From assembly GCA_043228905.1 (NCBI GenBank), contig JBHGNT010000010.1, positions 10,354,001 to 10,418,000 of the forward strand: a stretch of 64,000 bases of DNA, written 5' to 3'. Positions 24,383-37,260 of the stretch are shown piece by piece. This stretch comes from Azolla caroliniana (taxonomy: Eukaryota > Plantae > Polypodiophyta). Each line of letters opens with the position of its first letter. Positions within the stretch are counted from its first letter, which is position 1. The notes below the pieces were generated by a model. That model did not search any database and was not told where the DNA came from. It saw nothing but the letters and a program-made list of their open reading frames with translations. Both the position numbers and the translations under genes were made by a program.

Positions 24383-26589
24383 TTTCTCTCTTCCTCTCTC
24401 GTGAGTCTTACGCGGTCAGCCCTCTTAGTACTAATAGTACTTCCCTTCTCTAGTACTGATTCTCTCTCTGTTTTAGTACTATTCCTGACTGTTTGAACCA
24501 ATTTGGTTTGAAATAATGCCTTGTGCCTCCTTGTATAGTGTTCTCAAGAGTAATCTTGAAGCTTCTAGAATGTTCCAGAGAAATTTGGAATATACATTAA
24601 TTTTCTATAGTAAAACTTAAATGAAAATAATATCCTACGTATTACAATAGATAGTGTAATGGTCAAGAGCTCAACCCATATTACATAAGGTCATGGGTTC
24701 GAGTTTTGCCATATCATGACAGATGCAAGCTCTAAGGAAGAATGAGACATGGGATCTCATCCCTCACTCACTGTACAAGAAGGCAATCAGTTGCAGATGG
24801 ATATACAAAGTGAAGTATAATGTCGACGGTTCCATCAACCACTGCAAAGCTCGACTCATAGCAAAGGGCTATGCACGAACACAGGGAGTCGACTATGAAG
24901 AGACCTTTGCCCCGGTGGCAAAGATGACAACCATGTGGACTGTGATAGCGCTTGCTACAGCGAATGGGTGGCACCTCCACCAGATGGATGTCAAGAACGC
25001 CTTTCTTCAAGGAGAATTAGAAGAGGAGTTGTACATGATACAACCACCTGGCTTCGAATCCAATATTCATCCGAAAGCCGTCTACCGACTCAAGAAGCCT
25101 CTCTACGGCTTTAAGCAAGCATTGCGTGCTTGGTACTCGAAGATAACACGATATCTTCACTGAATCGGCTTTCGAATGTCCAAATCCGACAATTCTCTCT
25201 ATGTATGAACCGATTCCAAAAGTTTGATTGTCATCATCCTATATGTGGATGATCTGGTCATTGCAAGTGAGCATCTAGTTGACATCAACAAGGTCAAGTC
25301 CCTCCTCTCCAACAAATTCGAGATAACAGACATGAAAGAGCTCCATTACTTCCTTGGCATTAAGGTAATCCAGACTCCAACCAGAGTAATGATCTCTCAA
25401 CGACACTACATACTCAACTTGTTATACAAGTTTGAGATGACCGAGTGCAAATCTGTGGTAACGCCTCTCGATCGAAACCTCAAACTGGATGCCAATTTGG
25501 GCACCACAGAGTGTGAGCCGACACACTATCGACAACTTGTTGGTAGTCTCATCTATGTCACGATCACTCAACCCGACCTAAGCTATCCGGTCAGCCTCCT
25601 TAACCAATTCATGCAAACTCCACAAGATATCCATTTGGATTGTGCTAAGCGAGTGCTATGATATGTGAGTGGAACGATGGACTATGGTATTCTCTATAAG
25701 TCGACCATGCTAATTCAACTCGAAGGGTACACAGATACCGATTGGGCCAGCTACAAAGCCGATCAACGATCCACCTCTGGTTTCGTCTTTTCCCTTGGAA
25801 GTGGAGCCATCTCCTGGAGGCCGAATACAAGGGCGCCGCGGTGGTTGCATGTCAAGCCGTATGGCTCAAGAGGATATTGAAGGATATTCAAGCCGTATGG
25901 TTCCCATCAATGATTTGATTCCCCTTTACTGCGACAACATGAGCCGTATTCATCTGGCTCGGAACCCAGTGTTCCACGCACACATGAAGCATATCGAAGT
26001 GCACTATCACTTCATTCAAGAGCGTGTTCAGGCTGGAGATGTCGACCTTCAACACATGAACACGAATCTTCTGACAGTCGACATCTTCACCAAATCCCTA
26101 GGAGCCGACAAGCTTTGGCAATTCATGTTAGACCTTGGATTGATGATCCCTAACTTGCCAAGCTTGAGGGGGAGTATGTCTGAAGAGGGTATCCGCCGAA
26201 GCGGACACCAAACAAGAGAGAACCGAATACCGTCCAAACTGGGTACCAGACGAAGCGGACAAGCCGACCAAAGTTGAGCTTGAGGGGGCATGTTGAGAAT
26301 CAAGCTCAACCTAGTCTAATGTGTGAACAGACCCTTGAGAGTGTATAAACACTCGAAGGTCAAAAGTCACACCTCTACTCTCTACACATTAACTATGTGT
26401 CATAGAATCATATTCTATGGCACATAACTAATGAGTTTCCACATTCCCAATGACTCATTAGCTTCGGTAGTTAATGAAGAGAGAGAGTGACTATATAAAG
26501 TACTCTCCTCCTACTTTGTAATATGTCGGTTAATCTCCTTTGTAATATACAAAATCTTGTTCTATCTATCTTTTGTTTCTCTCCTCGCT

Positions 26590-27175
26590 TCATGATGCAT
26601 CATTAGATTCCTCTGTAAATGAGGCATTTTTGCAACGCCAATGTATCATGACATGGGACAAATGTGGAGACTCACGCTTCACATATTATGCTATACATGT
26701 TGCACCTAACTACAAAACCATATTCTTTGCGGAACGGGGAAATCGTACACATCCATACATGTTAGAGCCCATACCGTTATCTGCCATTCAAACCATTGCT
26801 TCCATGCGACTTAGCTCACATGCATTGCGATGTGAAATAGGGTGTTGGGGCACAAGTGATGAGAGTGGTCGGTTATGCACACTTTGCCCTAAACAAGTTC
26901 ACAAATCTGAGTATCACACTTTGATACAATGCTCTGCCTTTGATCATATTCGACCATGCTTTCCACATCTCATCGATCAAGCCCAATCTTTGCATGAATT
27001 CCTCTCACAACCACAATGTGCACTCTCAATTGCAACATTCATTGGTCAAGTTCTTGAACATCGAGAGTCACTAGTCACTTTCACACGTATCACGTGAAAT
27101 GTAATATTTTTGGTCTCATAGGTCATATTTGACCTCCAAAGATGATAATATAATCTATCTATCTATCTATCTCTC
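26590..27175 (+). mobile_element. LINE family 2 3' fragment inside the 3' LTR of D
   Basis: ORF with RLSSHALRCEIGCW..RLCTLC..ESEYH..C and a (TATC)n tail. Near-identical to the reverse complement of 51070-51538. Confidence 0.85.
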
Positions 27176-27698
27176 ACACACACACACATAACACACATCT
27201 CTAACCTATTCCGTTGCACAAGAATCACTATTGATTCTTTACAAGGAGTGTATACACGTTAGTCTTTTCCACCTAGTGTTGTGTGAGGGGAATTTTCTTT
27301 GGTTGTATTACCAACAATGGAGTTGGTGATGTTCTCATGCAAGTGGTCGATGTAAGTCATTGGTCCGGAAGCTAGTTTTTGCATGTTGTTGTGTAAACAT
27401 GCATGCGTCTGCTACTCAAGCGGGACCATGGAGGTTTTGGACTAGGGAGGACACAAAGACTAGGAGGGTGTAGAAGTTTGGAGGCTCGAAGGCTCATAGG
27501 AGTCAAAAGCTTTTTGGAGTCGAAGGCTTGTAGGAGTCGAAGGCTCATTAGAGTCGAAGGGAGTGATGAGGTTAAGATAGAAACACATGATTAGTCCAAA
27601 GAACATGAGATTACGAAGGGATTTCACAATATCAAGTCCAAACTAGGCCTCCTTTTAGGCCAAAAATGATAGATTACGAAAGAAATTCCCTTTATAAA

Positions 27699-28442
27699 TG
27701 TTGGGAGACAGGTCCCTCCGGATGGGAAGGGAGAAGAACAGTGCGGACGAACAATCTCGGCCGAGGCCAAAACCGGATGAGGAGTACCCGACTACGGAGA
27801 GCCGGATGATACAGACCCGGTATGAACCGGATGAGGAGTACCCGACTACGGAGAGCCGGACGATACAGACCCGGTATGAACCGGATGAGGAGTACCCGGC
27901 TACGGAGAGCCGAATGATACAGACCCGGTATGAACCGGATGAGTACCCGGCTACGGAGAGCCGGATGGTGCAAACCCAGTATGAACCGGATGAAGAGACA
28001 TAACCGTAAATATGTTTCTGAGAGTCCATCGAGGCTATATTTGTAAATAGCCGAAAAGTCATATTAGTATAAATATGACTTAGGGCAAACTTTTAGTAGT
28101 AGTTGTCATTTTCTGTTTTGCACGAGATTAGTGTGCGTAACTGTACAGAGAGAGAGAGAGAGAGAGAAAGAGGTCGTTGCCTCTGTTGTAACCGCCGCCT
28201 GTGGCGAAGATACGTGAGCACAAGGTCGGTGCCTCAGTGAACTCACTGTTGTATATTCCTACATAGTGACAGTTTGCAGCCTGTGGGCTGCCATGGTTTT
28301 TTCCCCTAGTTTGGGGTTTTCCACGTAAACCTCCTGTGTATTCTCTTCTTCTTCTTGTCGTGTTTATTTCCCATTTTCTGTGTATCATTCTAAGCTCAGT
28401 TGTGGCTGAGCGTTGCGCATAAGGAACGATCAGTTCCCGTCA
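27699..28442 (+). mobile_element. Solo LTR (B-related copia family) with an internal 54-bp tandem array
   Basis: TGTTGGG...GTCA termini and TSD ATAAA (27694-27698 / 28443-28447). Shares the GTCCCTCCGGATGGG and GGGTTTTCCACGTAAAC motifs with the B LTRs. Confidence 0.88.
27771..27995 (+). repeat. 54-bp minisatellite, about 4 copies
   Basis: Unit AACCGGATGAGGAGTACCCGACTACGGAGAGCCGGATGATACAGACCCGGTATG repeated head to tail. Confidence 0.95.
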
Positions 28443-29439
28443 ATAAAATAGGTTCACAATTTGCAAGAAAGTTTAAAATGGTGAGTAATAAAACGGAAAC
28501 GAAAGTAAAAGGGTTAAAGCTCGTAGAGTAGATGAGTTGAATGAGCCTCTGATGGCTCGAAGTGGTGTAGTGTTCTTGGCCCACTTCGTCATCCCTTTGA
28601 AAGACCGGTGTGCAAGCTTGTTGAGCCTCTCTTTGAATCAACCAACACATAATGGTGGTTGCTACAGAATAGGTCTCAAGGTACACTTGAGAACAATAAG
28701 ACCAAGAAGTAGAACAAGAACTAAAAACTCTAATATTTTCGAAGAAGAGGAAAATAGAACCCTAAGACCTCAAGTACGTTGAAGAGAAGAAGAGGAAGAA
28801 GAAGAAGATGATGATGATGATGATGATGAAGAAAAGCATCACGAAACCCTAACAGTGCACTCCTAAAACACAAAATGAGCAACCTCAAATAAGCCCTCTT
28901 CTCCTTTTTTAATAGAGAAAGAGGTAGAGCTCTATTTTTAACATTAAATGAACTTATTCCTTTTTTCTTTGAAAATACAAAACATAATAAATCCTTAATG
29001 TGCACTAGGTAGGAATCAAACCCTAAACCCTAAACGGATACACCATGGGACACCTTCATCCTTGTGTTTTTCCTTAGCAAATATCCCATGGATATCAACC
29101 CAAATTTTTGTTTTTCGGTCATTCTTAGTACAAGAGGTTGTGTTGTTTCCTGTGCCATTGTGCTTTTTGCTATCCACCTTTGCTTCTTTTCATGGTGTGA
29201 ATTTGACATCTTTTACGGTGGTGGTGACTGAATGACTTTGGCAGTCATCACTTGTATTGACTGGGGTTGGGATTGGCTATCTTGTATGGTGCTCAAGCTC
29301 TCTTCATTAAGACTAGTGGATGAAGGGAAGTATATGGCACATTTACTAGGTGCGATCATGCAATGCCTAACTAGGCTCGAATCTTAGCCTAACAAGCATG
29401 CATTGTATAAGACTTTAGGTGCTAAGACTCATGCTTTGG

Positions 29440-29700
29440 TCGAGTGGACACTCTAGGTTGTCTTAATTTAGTGGGTATGTGCTCTTAGAAAATATGAGGT
29501 CGATCCATCAAACCCATGGAAGAGCTCATAGCATGTGTCCAAGTCAAGGAAACCCAATTTTTCCCACATGTCAAAGGATAGGAGTGTGAATGACAGACTA
29601 GTGTCAACTATGGTGCCAATGTGAAGTTGTTGGCTTGATAGGTACTTACAACAATGATTTTTCTCGCAAGTCATCGATGTGATCACTACTAGGTGTGATT
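29440..29700 (-). pseudogene. Degenerate retroelement aspartic protease remnant
   Basis: IGTIVDTSLSFTLLSFDMWEKLG resembles the retropepsin D(T/S)G motif context. Confidence 0.4.
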
Positions 29701-29788
29701 GTCCTTATTGTTTTAGCTTTCTTTGCATATATCGGAGGTCGACTTCTAGTCTAATTGTACATGCTTCCGATTTCTTTATATTTGCCTC

Positions 29789-29824
29789 TGTAAAGAATCG
29801 AGGGTGATTCTGTGCAGCGGAAGG

Positions 29825-29897
<73 letters not shown>

Positions 29898-32800
29898 ACA
29901 AAAGAGAATGAGAGAGGGAGAGAGTAAGAGTTCTAAACAAGAAACTGTATATTACATCCAACAGTACCTAAGTTACAAAAGGTTGGTTTAAATACCAACT
30001 AGTCTAGGGCAAATTCCCTTTCTACTAATTACAAAAATGTCCTAGTAAGTTGTCCACTAACTAGTGTGAACACTATTCCTATGGGAAGTTGAGTTCGATT
30101 CTCAACACGCCCCTTCAAACAAAACTTCGGGAAGCCAAAAAGTTGTTTCGGTTCAATCTTCGAAAACTTCGACTCGGCTGAATCGGCTTTCGGTTTTTGA
30201 GAGGCTAGTCAACACGGCTTACAATTTCGATTGTTTGACTCTTCGTGTTCGACTGTTCAATTGTTTAGTCGGCTTCGATTGACTAATCAGTTACTGTTCG
30301 GCATCGGCTACTATACTCCCCCTCAAGCGCGGTTGGTCGGTGATTGAGGGATCAAGGTTCGTCGCGAACTGCCGCAGCTTGTTAATACCTAAGGCCTTCG
30401 TAAAGATATCATCAACCTGAAGGTTCGTGCTGATATGTTGTAAATCAATATCACCAGCTTGAACGCGTTTGCGAATAAAGTGATAGTGCACTTCAATGTG
30501 TTTAGTCTGCGCATGGAATACTGAGTTTTGAACGAGATAGATGTTGCTCATGTTGTCGCAGAAGAGGCGAATTGGATCTGTGATGGGAACGCCCAGGTCC
30601 TTCAAGATGCGTTTGAGCCAGACAGCTTCGCACGCGACGATTGTTGCACCCCTGTAATCGGCCTCCGTGGTCGACGGTGCGATTGTCGGTGGCTTCTTGC
30701 TGCTCTAGGAGATCGCTCTGTTGCCAAGGGAGAAGATGAATCCGGAAGTCAATCGTCTATTGGCCTTATAGCCGGCCCAGTCTGCGTCCGTGTACCCTTC
30801 GAGCTGGATGATCGTATCCGACTTGTATGTGATGCCGAAATCCATCCTCCCACAAATGTACATAAGTACCCTCTTAGCACAATAGAAATGAACATTTCGA
30901 GGATTTTGCATGAATTGGCTAAGTAGGCCGACCGAATAGCTAAGGTCGGGTCATGTGATGGTTAGGTAGATGAGTCTACCGATCAGTTGACGATACTGAG
31001 TTGGCTCGCACTCTTCGGTTCCCGAATCAGCATCGAGCTTGAGATTTCGGTCGAGAGGGGCACTCGGTCATTCCAAACTTGTAGAGTAAGTTGAGAACGT
31101 AGTGTCGTTGAGAGATCAGTATCCCGAGTAGTGTCCACATTACTTCGATACCGAGGAAGTAGTGGAGCTCGTGTAGTTCTTTCATTTCGAACTTGCCGGA
31201 TAGGAGTGACTTGACCTTATTGATCCCGGCAAGATCCTTTCCTCTGATGACCAGATCATCCACGTACAGTATGATGACAATCGGATTGTTCGACTCGTTT
31301 TGGATGTAGAGGGAGTTGTCGAATTTCGACATTCAAAAACCAATTTGATGAAGATATTGCATTATCTTCGAATGCCAAGCACGTGGTGCTTGCTTAAGGC
31401 CGTAGAGTGGCTTCTTGAGTCAGTACACGGCTTTCGGGTGAGTACGCGATTCGACGCCATGTGGTTGTATCATGTACACCTCCTCTTCTAGTTCGCCTTA
31501 TAGGAAGGCCTTGTTTACGTCCATTTGGTGGAGGTTCCACCCTTTTGCAACTGTGAGAGCTATGACTGTCTGAACAATCGTCATCGTTGCCATCGGGGCA
31601 GAGGTCTCCTCATGATCGACTCCGTGTGTTTGAGTGTATCCTTTTGTGACGAGTTGTGCTTTGAAGTGATTTACTGAGCCATTAGCATTGTATTTCACCT
31701 TATAGATCCATCTACTACCTATCACATTCTTGTGAGGTGAATGGGGAACAAGGTTCCATGTCTCGTTTTTGCACTTTGCCTACATTTCTTCATTCATCAC
31801 ATCGACCCATCGCGGGTCCTTCACAGCTTCAGAAAATGTTTCTGGCTCTTGGACAGTTGCTACCTTCATCATGAAGGCATAATGATACGCCATATACTCA
31901 TCATAGCCAAAATGGCATACGAGGTTCTTTTCACGGGTAGACTGGCTTAACTTCTCATTCACAAAGACTAATGCTTTCTTCGCTCCATTTGTCCGGATGT
32001 CAAGGCCTTCAAATTCACTGTCAAGGAAGTGAGTTGACTCATTGTCTATCAGGTCTTCATATTCTAGCATTTTCGCCTTGCCTTTGTCTAGGTTCGAACT
32101 CGGCTGAGATGTGCTTCGATCGCTCGACAGCTCTTGTAGTCCACTTACCCTTGTCATATGCGGGTTGTCTTCGTACGTGTGTCTGAATCGATCTTCTTCT
32201 TGTAGCTCTTGTTCCGCAAATTCTGAGTCGACTGGAGTAGAAATCAAAGGCATCTCTGGATCGTACCAGGATGTTGATTCGTCGAAAACAATGTCTCGAC
32301 TCACTCGAGCTTTTCGGGTAGATGGGTTATAGCATTTGTACCCCTTCTGTTCGAGCGAGTACCTGACAAGGATACTTTTCTCCAACTTCGGGTCGAGCTT
32401 TTGTCGCGTCTCATCGGGAATATGCACATAGGCGATTGAGCCAAAAATACGGACATGTGATAAATCTAGGTTCTTTCCAAAAAAACTCTCATGAGGGGTT
32501 ACGTCGTGTACCGCAAAGGTTGTGCACCTGTTCATGAGATATACGATTGTGTTCACCGCTTCTGCCCAATATGATTTCGGTAGGTTCTTCTCATTCATCA
32601 TTGCTCATGCAACCTCTACTATGTGTCGATTCTTCTGTTCGGCCACACCATTTTGCTGAGGTGTATGTCGACACAAGAATTCTCGTCGTATTCCTTCCTT
32701 TTGGAGATCTGTCGAAAACTCATCTGAGAAATATGCTTTGCCTCCATCCGATCGAAGGCAGCGTACATGTTTGCCGATGGTTTTTTCGACTTCATTCTTA

Positions 32801-34706
32801 AACCTTTGGAAGTGTCTGAACACTTCGCTCTTCTGTCTCATCGGGTAAATCCAGGTGGGCCTACAGAAGTCATTGATGAACGTGATATAGTAGCGGCAAC
32901 CTCCGAATGTTGCGGTCTGGGCTGGTCCCCACATATCTGAATGTACTACATCCAGGATCCCTTTACTCACATTCCTCTCTTTCGGGAATGGATGTCGGTG
33001 TTGTTTTCCGAACTGGCATGTTCCAAACTTTACCGACATCCATCTCCTTCTCGGTAAAGTTCGGGAGTTCGATTACAACTCCTTTCGATTGCATGTTCTG
33101 GAGCTTCTAGAGATTAATGTGGCCAATTCGCTTGTTCCACAATTTCAAGTCGGTTTCAACTTTAAGGCCTTTCGTGAACATAGTAGATTTCACCTCTTCT
33201 GATTCAAGGATGAACATTTGGCCTTCTCGGCAACCATGCGCTATGATTTGATTGTCCTTTCTGATGAAGCACCCTTCATTATTGAATCGTACTTGCATGC
33301 TTTGTTCGGCAATCTGGCCGACCGAGACCAGGTTTTTCGTGATGGTTGGGACATGCAAGATCTTCTTGGGGTAGGTTTGTTTGCCATGATTTCCGAATGG
33401 AACATTTCCGACATGCCGAATTGGGTGAGTCGTATCATCTCCGGTTTCGACATAGCCGGGTTGATCGAGCTTTCATAATTCTCGGAACCAATCTTCATGG
33501 AACGTCATATGATTGGATGCTCCCGAGTCAACAAACCATATGCTATCTGAAGAAGAGGTGCTAGTCGGGGCCTGTGCCGACATCGAATGTGCTTCATGCC
33601 TCATTACAAACATCCCGCCACAGTCGTCGTAGTCGAAATTTGAAACGTAGTTTGTGAGTTGTCAGCTAGTCGAAGCCGAGTCTCGTATCTTTTTTTGGCA
33701 CTCCTCTTCATAGTGGCCGTGTTTTCCACAGTACCCGCATTCGATCAAGTTGTTATGATTTCTTGGTCCAACGGGCTAGCTCCCCCTTCTGTTGAACTCT
33801 CTGGGACTGTTCCTATCCTCTTGCCATTGGTGGGAGTTGCGTTCTCAAGTCACCTGACCCTGTCCGCCTCAGCCGAATCGACCTCTATTTCCTCGGTTGA
33901 ATCCTCTTCTATCGTCCGATTGTGAGTAAAGCATCTAACCATCCGATGCATTACTCCTTTGTCAGACATGGTTTTCTTCCACCAATAATATTGATTGAAG
34001 GTCGAAAAAGGAAGGTGGGTTCTCCCTTGGGAGAATGGCCGATTTGATCGTGTCGAATCGTGGTGCTAAGACTCCGAGGCATATTTGCACCATTTCGTCA
34101 TCGTCTATGATGACATTGATCGATCCGAGGGCATCACAGAGCTCCTTGATCTTCAAGGTATAGTCGGCAATCGACATATCCCTCTGTTGCATGTTGTTTA
34201 GCTCCTATCGAAGTTGGAGCTTTCGTGCAGCCGTATTGGCCACAAAGATCTTCTTGAGATTTCCTCGAGCTTCTTTCAGCATTTTCGAATATCGAATATA
34301 GTCAAGCATGTGGTCATGGACGCATGATGCAAGGCAATACCACACACGGCTCGCGGCCTGCTTCCACGCTAGGTAGTCGGTGTGTGTCGGGTTGGGTTGC
34401 GTTTCGTGAGCTCCCTTGATGTAGCTCCAGTAACCTTGTCCGACAAGGTATTGATGCATCTTGTACTCCCAAGATGCAAATTTTGTTCTATCGAGCTTCT
34501 CGGTGGGAAGAGCGCTTCCCATCTGGGTGTTCATTGTCGAACTTCTTCTACTCTTGATGCAAGCTGTGCAAAAATCGTTGCTACAACGATCAGCCGGTTC
34601 TCTACGAGATTGAGCAAAACACATGTAAAGGCGATGGGCTTGGATCAAGCTACCACGTGCTCTGATACCATGTAAAGAATTGAGGGTGATTCTGTGAAGC
34701 GGAAGG

Positions 34707-34752
<46 letters not shown>

Positions 34753-34969
34753 CACACACACAAGAGAGAATGAGAGAGGGAGAGAGTGAGAGCTCTAAAC
34801 AAGAAACTGTATATTACATCCAACAGTAACTAAGTTACCAAAGGTTGGTTTAAATACCAACTAGACTAGGGCAAATGCCCTTTCTACTAATTACAAAAAT
34901 GTCCTAGTAAGTTGTCTTCCGACTAGTGTGAACACTATTCCTATGGGAAGTTGAGTTCGATTCTCAACA
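29789..34969 (-). mobile_element. Ty1/copia element M, full length and degenerate
   Basis: TSD GCCTC (29784-29788 / 34970-34974). LTRs 29789-30107 and 34671-34969 both contain (TG)n. PBS-Met 34658-34670, PPT 30108-30118, and gag, PR, INT, RT and RH ORF fragments in order. Confidence 0.96.
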
Positions 34970-35239
34970 GCCTCCAAATTTTGATGTTTGTTCATAAGTA
35001 ATGGCTCAAGTGTAAGTGTTCCATAATACCATTTCATCTTACTTCCATTGGTAAAACCTGGGATATTGATATCATGAAGTGCTCATAGCATGCATACGCT
35101 TATCTTCATCATGGTTGATGCAATGTATGGACCTTGTGCTCGTACTTTGAATTTTTTCTTATGAATTTGAGAGGTGAATTATAGTACCATATCTCCTTCC
35201 TTGAGGTCTTGTAATCCGATTTGTATACTCTTGATCTAT

Positions 35240-37260
35240 AGTGGAATCTTGTTGGCCTAGTGTCCCATGGTTTTCCCTAGTTTTAGGGCTTCCACGTAAT
35301 TCGTGTGTCTCTTCCTTATGTTTGTGTCTCACATCTGAATCTTAGTGTTTTATCCTTGATCATAATCATTTCAAACTGGTATCAGAGCATTAGGTTCTAG
35401 ATGGAAGGAAAAAGCAGCTTTTCGGGATTTTTAGTCTTAGACTCCCATAACTACTCTGACCGGAAGATCAAGATGGAGAATCTTCTGATAGTTACAGATC
35501 TATACGAACCGATAGATAGGAAGGAAATAGCAATGGAGGAACTAGGGTTTGAGTGGAAAATCCTATAGAAAGGCAATGGCAACCATAAGATAGTGTGTAG
35601 ACGTGAGTATCCTTGAACATGTGGCAAATGATACAAATGCCTACGACCTATGGATAAGCTCTCTGGTCTGTATGAAAGGAAAAATACTCTCAACAAAGCT
35701 TCCCTAATGAGAAAGTTGGTGAGGCTAAAGTACATAATTGGTAATAGCATTGTGGTTTACATCAGTACTTTCATGGGGTTAGTAAACCAACTAACATTAG
35801 CAAAGTTTCTATTAGATAATGCGTTGCAAGCCCTGTTACTACTTTGTACCCTACAAGTTAGTTGGGAGAACCTAGTAGTGTCACTTAATGCTTCTTGTCA
35901 AGAAGAGAACCTGTCTTTACAAGTAGTAAAGACGAACATCCTCAACGAAGAGACAAGAAGAAAAGAAAAGAGTGTCTTGTCTCAATCATAAGCGAATGTG
36001 GCACAAAACCTTGGTAGAGGAAAAAGTAAACATAGGAGTCCTCAAAATAGAGACAAGTCTCATGCCAAGTCAAAGTCTGGATGAAGACTCACGTGTTTCT
36101 ATTGTGGGAAACTTGGTCATTTCCAAAAGAATTGTTGACACCTTAAGAAGGACAAAGGCATTGTTGATGATGTTGAACCCCAAAAAAAATTCTTATGAGA
36201 AAAACACCTCAACCATTGCAACTAGTGAGGAAGAACTATTATTCATTTGTGAACAAGCTAGTGTCAATCTTCCAAACGATGAGTGTTCTTGAGTAGTTGA
36301 TTTTGGCGCATCGTTTCACTTAACTCCGAAAAGGGAATGTTTCTCATCCTATACAACCGGTGACTATGGCTATGTAAAGATGGGAAATGATGAAGCATGT
36401 AAGATTGTCAGTATTGGAAATGTGTGCTTGTTAACATCAACTAGCTGCAGGTTAATATTGAAGGTGTGTGACATGTGCCGAATGTCAAACTAAACTTGAT
36501 ATCAGCCACAAGGCTTGACGACGAAGGTTACAATGGTAGTTTTCAGAAGGGTACTTGGATGTTTTGCAAGGGAAGTTTGATAGTGGCCCGAGTGCAAAAA
36601 CAAGGCACATTATATGTAATGCATGCAAGGTTGTGTAGAGATGAGGCCAATGTGGTAGCCAACTCAGACAGTGAGTTATGGCATAAAAGGCCTAGTCACA
36701 TGAGCGAGAGGGGTATGCATATGTTGGCTGAGTAAAATCTCCTCCCAAGAGTAAAAGGAATGCATTTGGAAAAAAGCGTGGATTGTCTGGTTGGAAAACA
36801 AAACAAAGTTGCCTTTCACTCTAGGCCACCAAGAAGAAAAGAATGTTTACTAGAGCTGGTCCACATGGATGTATGCTTCATGGATGCTCAATCACATCAG
36901 GGTGGACAATATTTTGTGACATTTATTGATGACGATAGCAGAAATTTGTGGGCTTTCATGATGAAGTTCAAAGACCAAGTGTTGTCAATCGTTAAAGAGT
37001 TTCATGCTAGAGTAGAAAGAGAATCTGGATAGAAGTGGAAGGTTGTCTAGACAGATAACGGTGGTGAGTATAAAGGACAATTTGAGTTGTACTGTAAGAC
37101 TCAAGGCATAAAACTTGAATTCACAATGTTGAGGACCACTGGGTTGAATGGTCTTGCAAAGAGGATGAATCACACAATAATGGAAAGGGTAAGAAGCATG
37201 TTGTCACATGTAAAACTACCGAAATCATATTGGGCTGAGGCTATGTTGATGGCTATGGTG
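35240..37260 (+). mobile_element. Ty1/copia element N (B-related): partial 5' LTR, gag, protease, integrase; 3'-truncated
   Basis: LTR end ...TTTCA at 35373 and PBS TGGTATCAGAGC at 35377-35388. ORFs 35650-37272 parallel those of element B (LWHKRPSHMSE, LELVHMDVC). Confidence 0.88.

Larger units (their letters stand above)
10000..24721 (-). mobile_element. Ty3/gypsy chromovirus C (Tcn1/Tf1-sushi-like), full length but degenerate and interrupted
   Basis: TSD GATGC (9995-9999 / 24722-24726); LTRs 10000-10436 and ~24252-24721; PPT 10437-10449. Gag 23415-24183, protease LLDSGANSCF, RT 21964-22566 continuing left of 14375, RNase H ~13500-13900, integrase 10723-11565, chromodomain (YLVDWLGYSP..TWEP) ~10530-10650. 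Confidence 0.93.
8642..27243 (+). mobile_element. Ty1/copia element D (pol plus 3' LTR), interrupted by gypsy C at 10000-24721
   Basis: Protease WFVDFGALNHM (~8730) and integrase 9174-9587. The frame MNKEM|QALRKNETW is continuous across the insertion. RT ILYVDDL (~25240), RNase H to ~26170, PPT 26281-26290, 3' LTR 26291-27243 (TGTTGAG...TTTACA). There is an internal deletion near 8912. Confidence 0.92.

Noticed and set aside
27698-28003. Repeat-protein ORF or CRISPR-like array
   Set aside because: It is a contiguous 54-bp tandem repeat with no unique spacers, inside an LTR.
29705-29961. HT/TH-repeat ORFs
   Set aside because: Translation of the (TG)n microsatellite in the M LTR.
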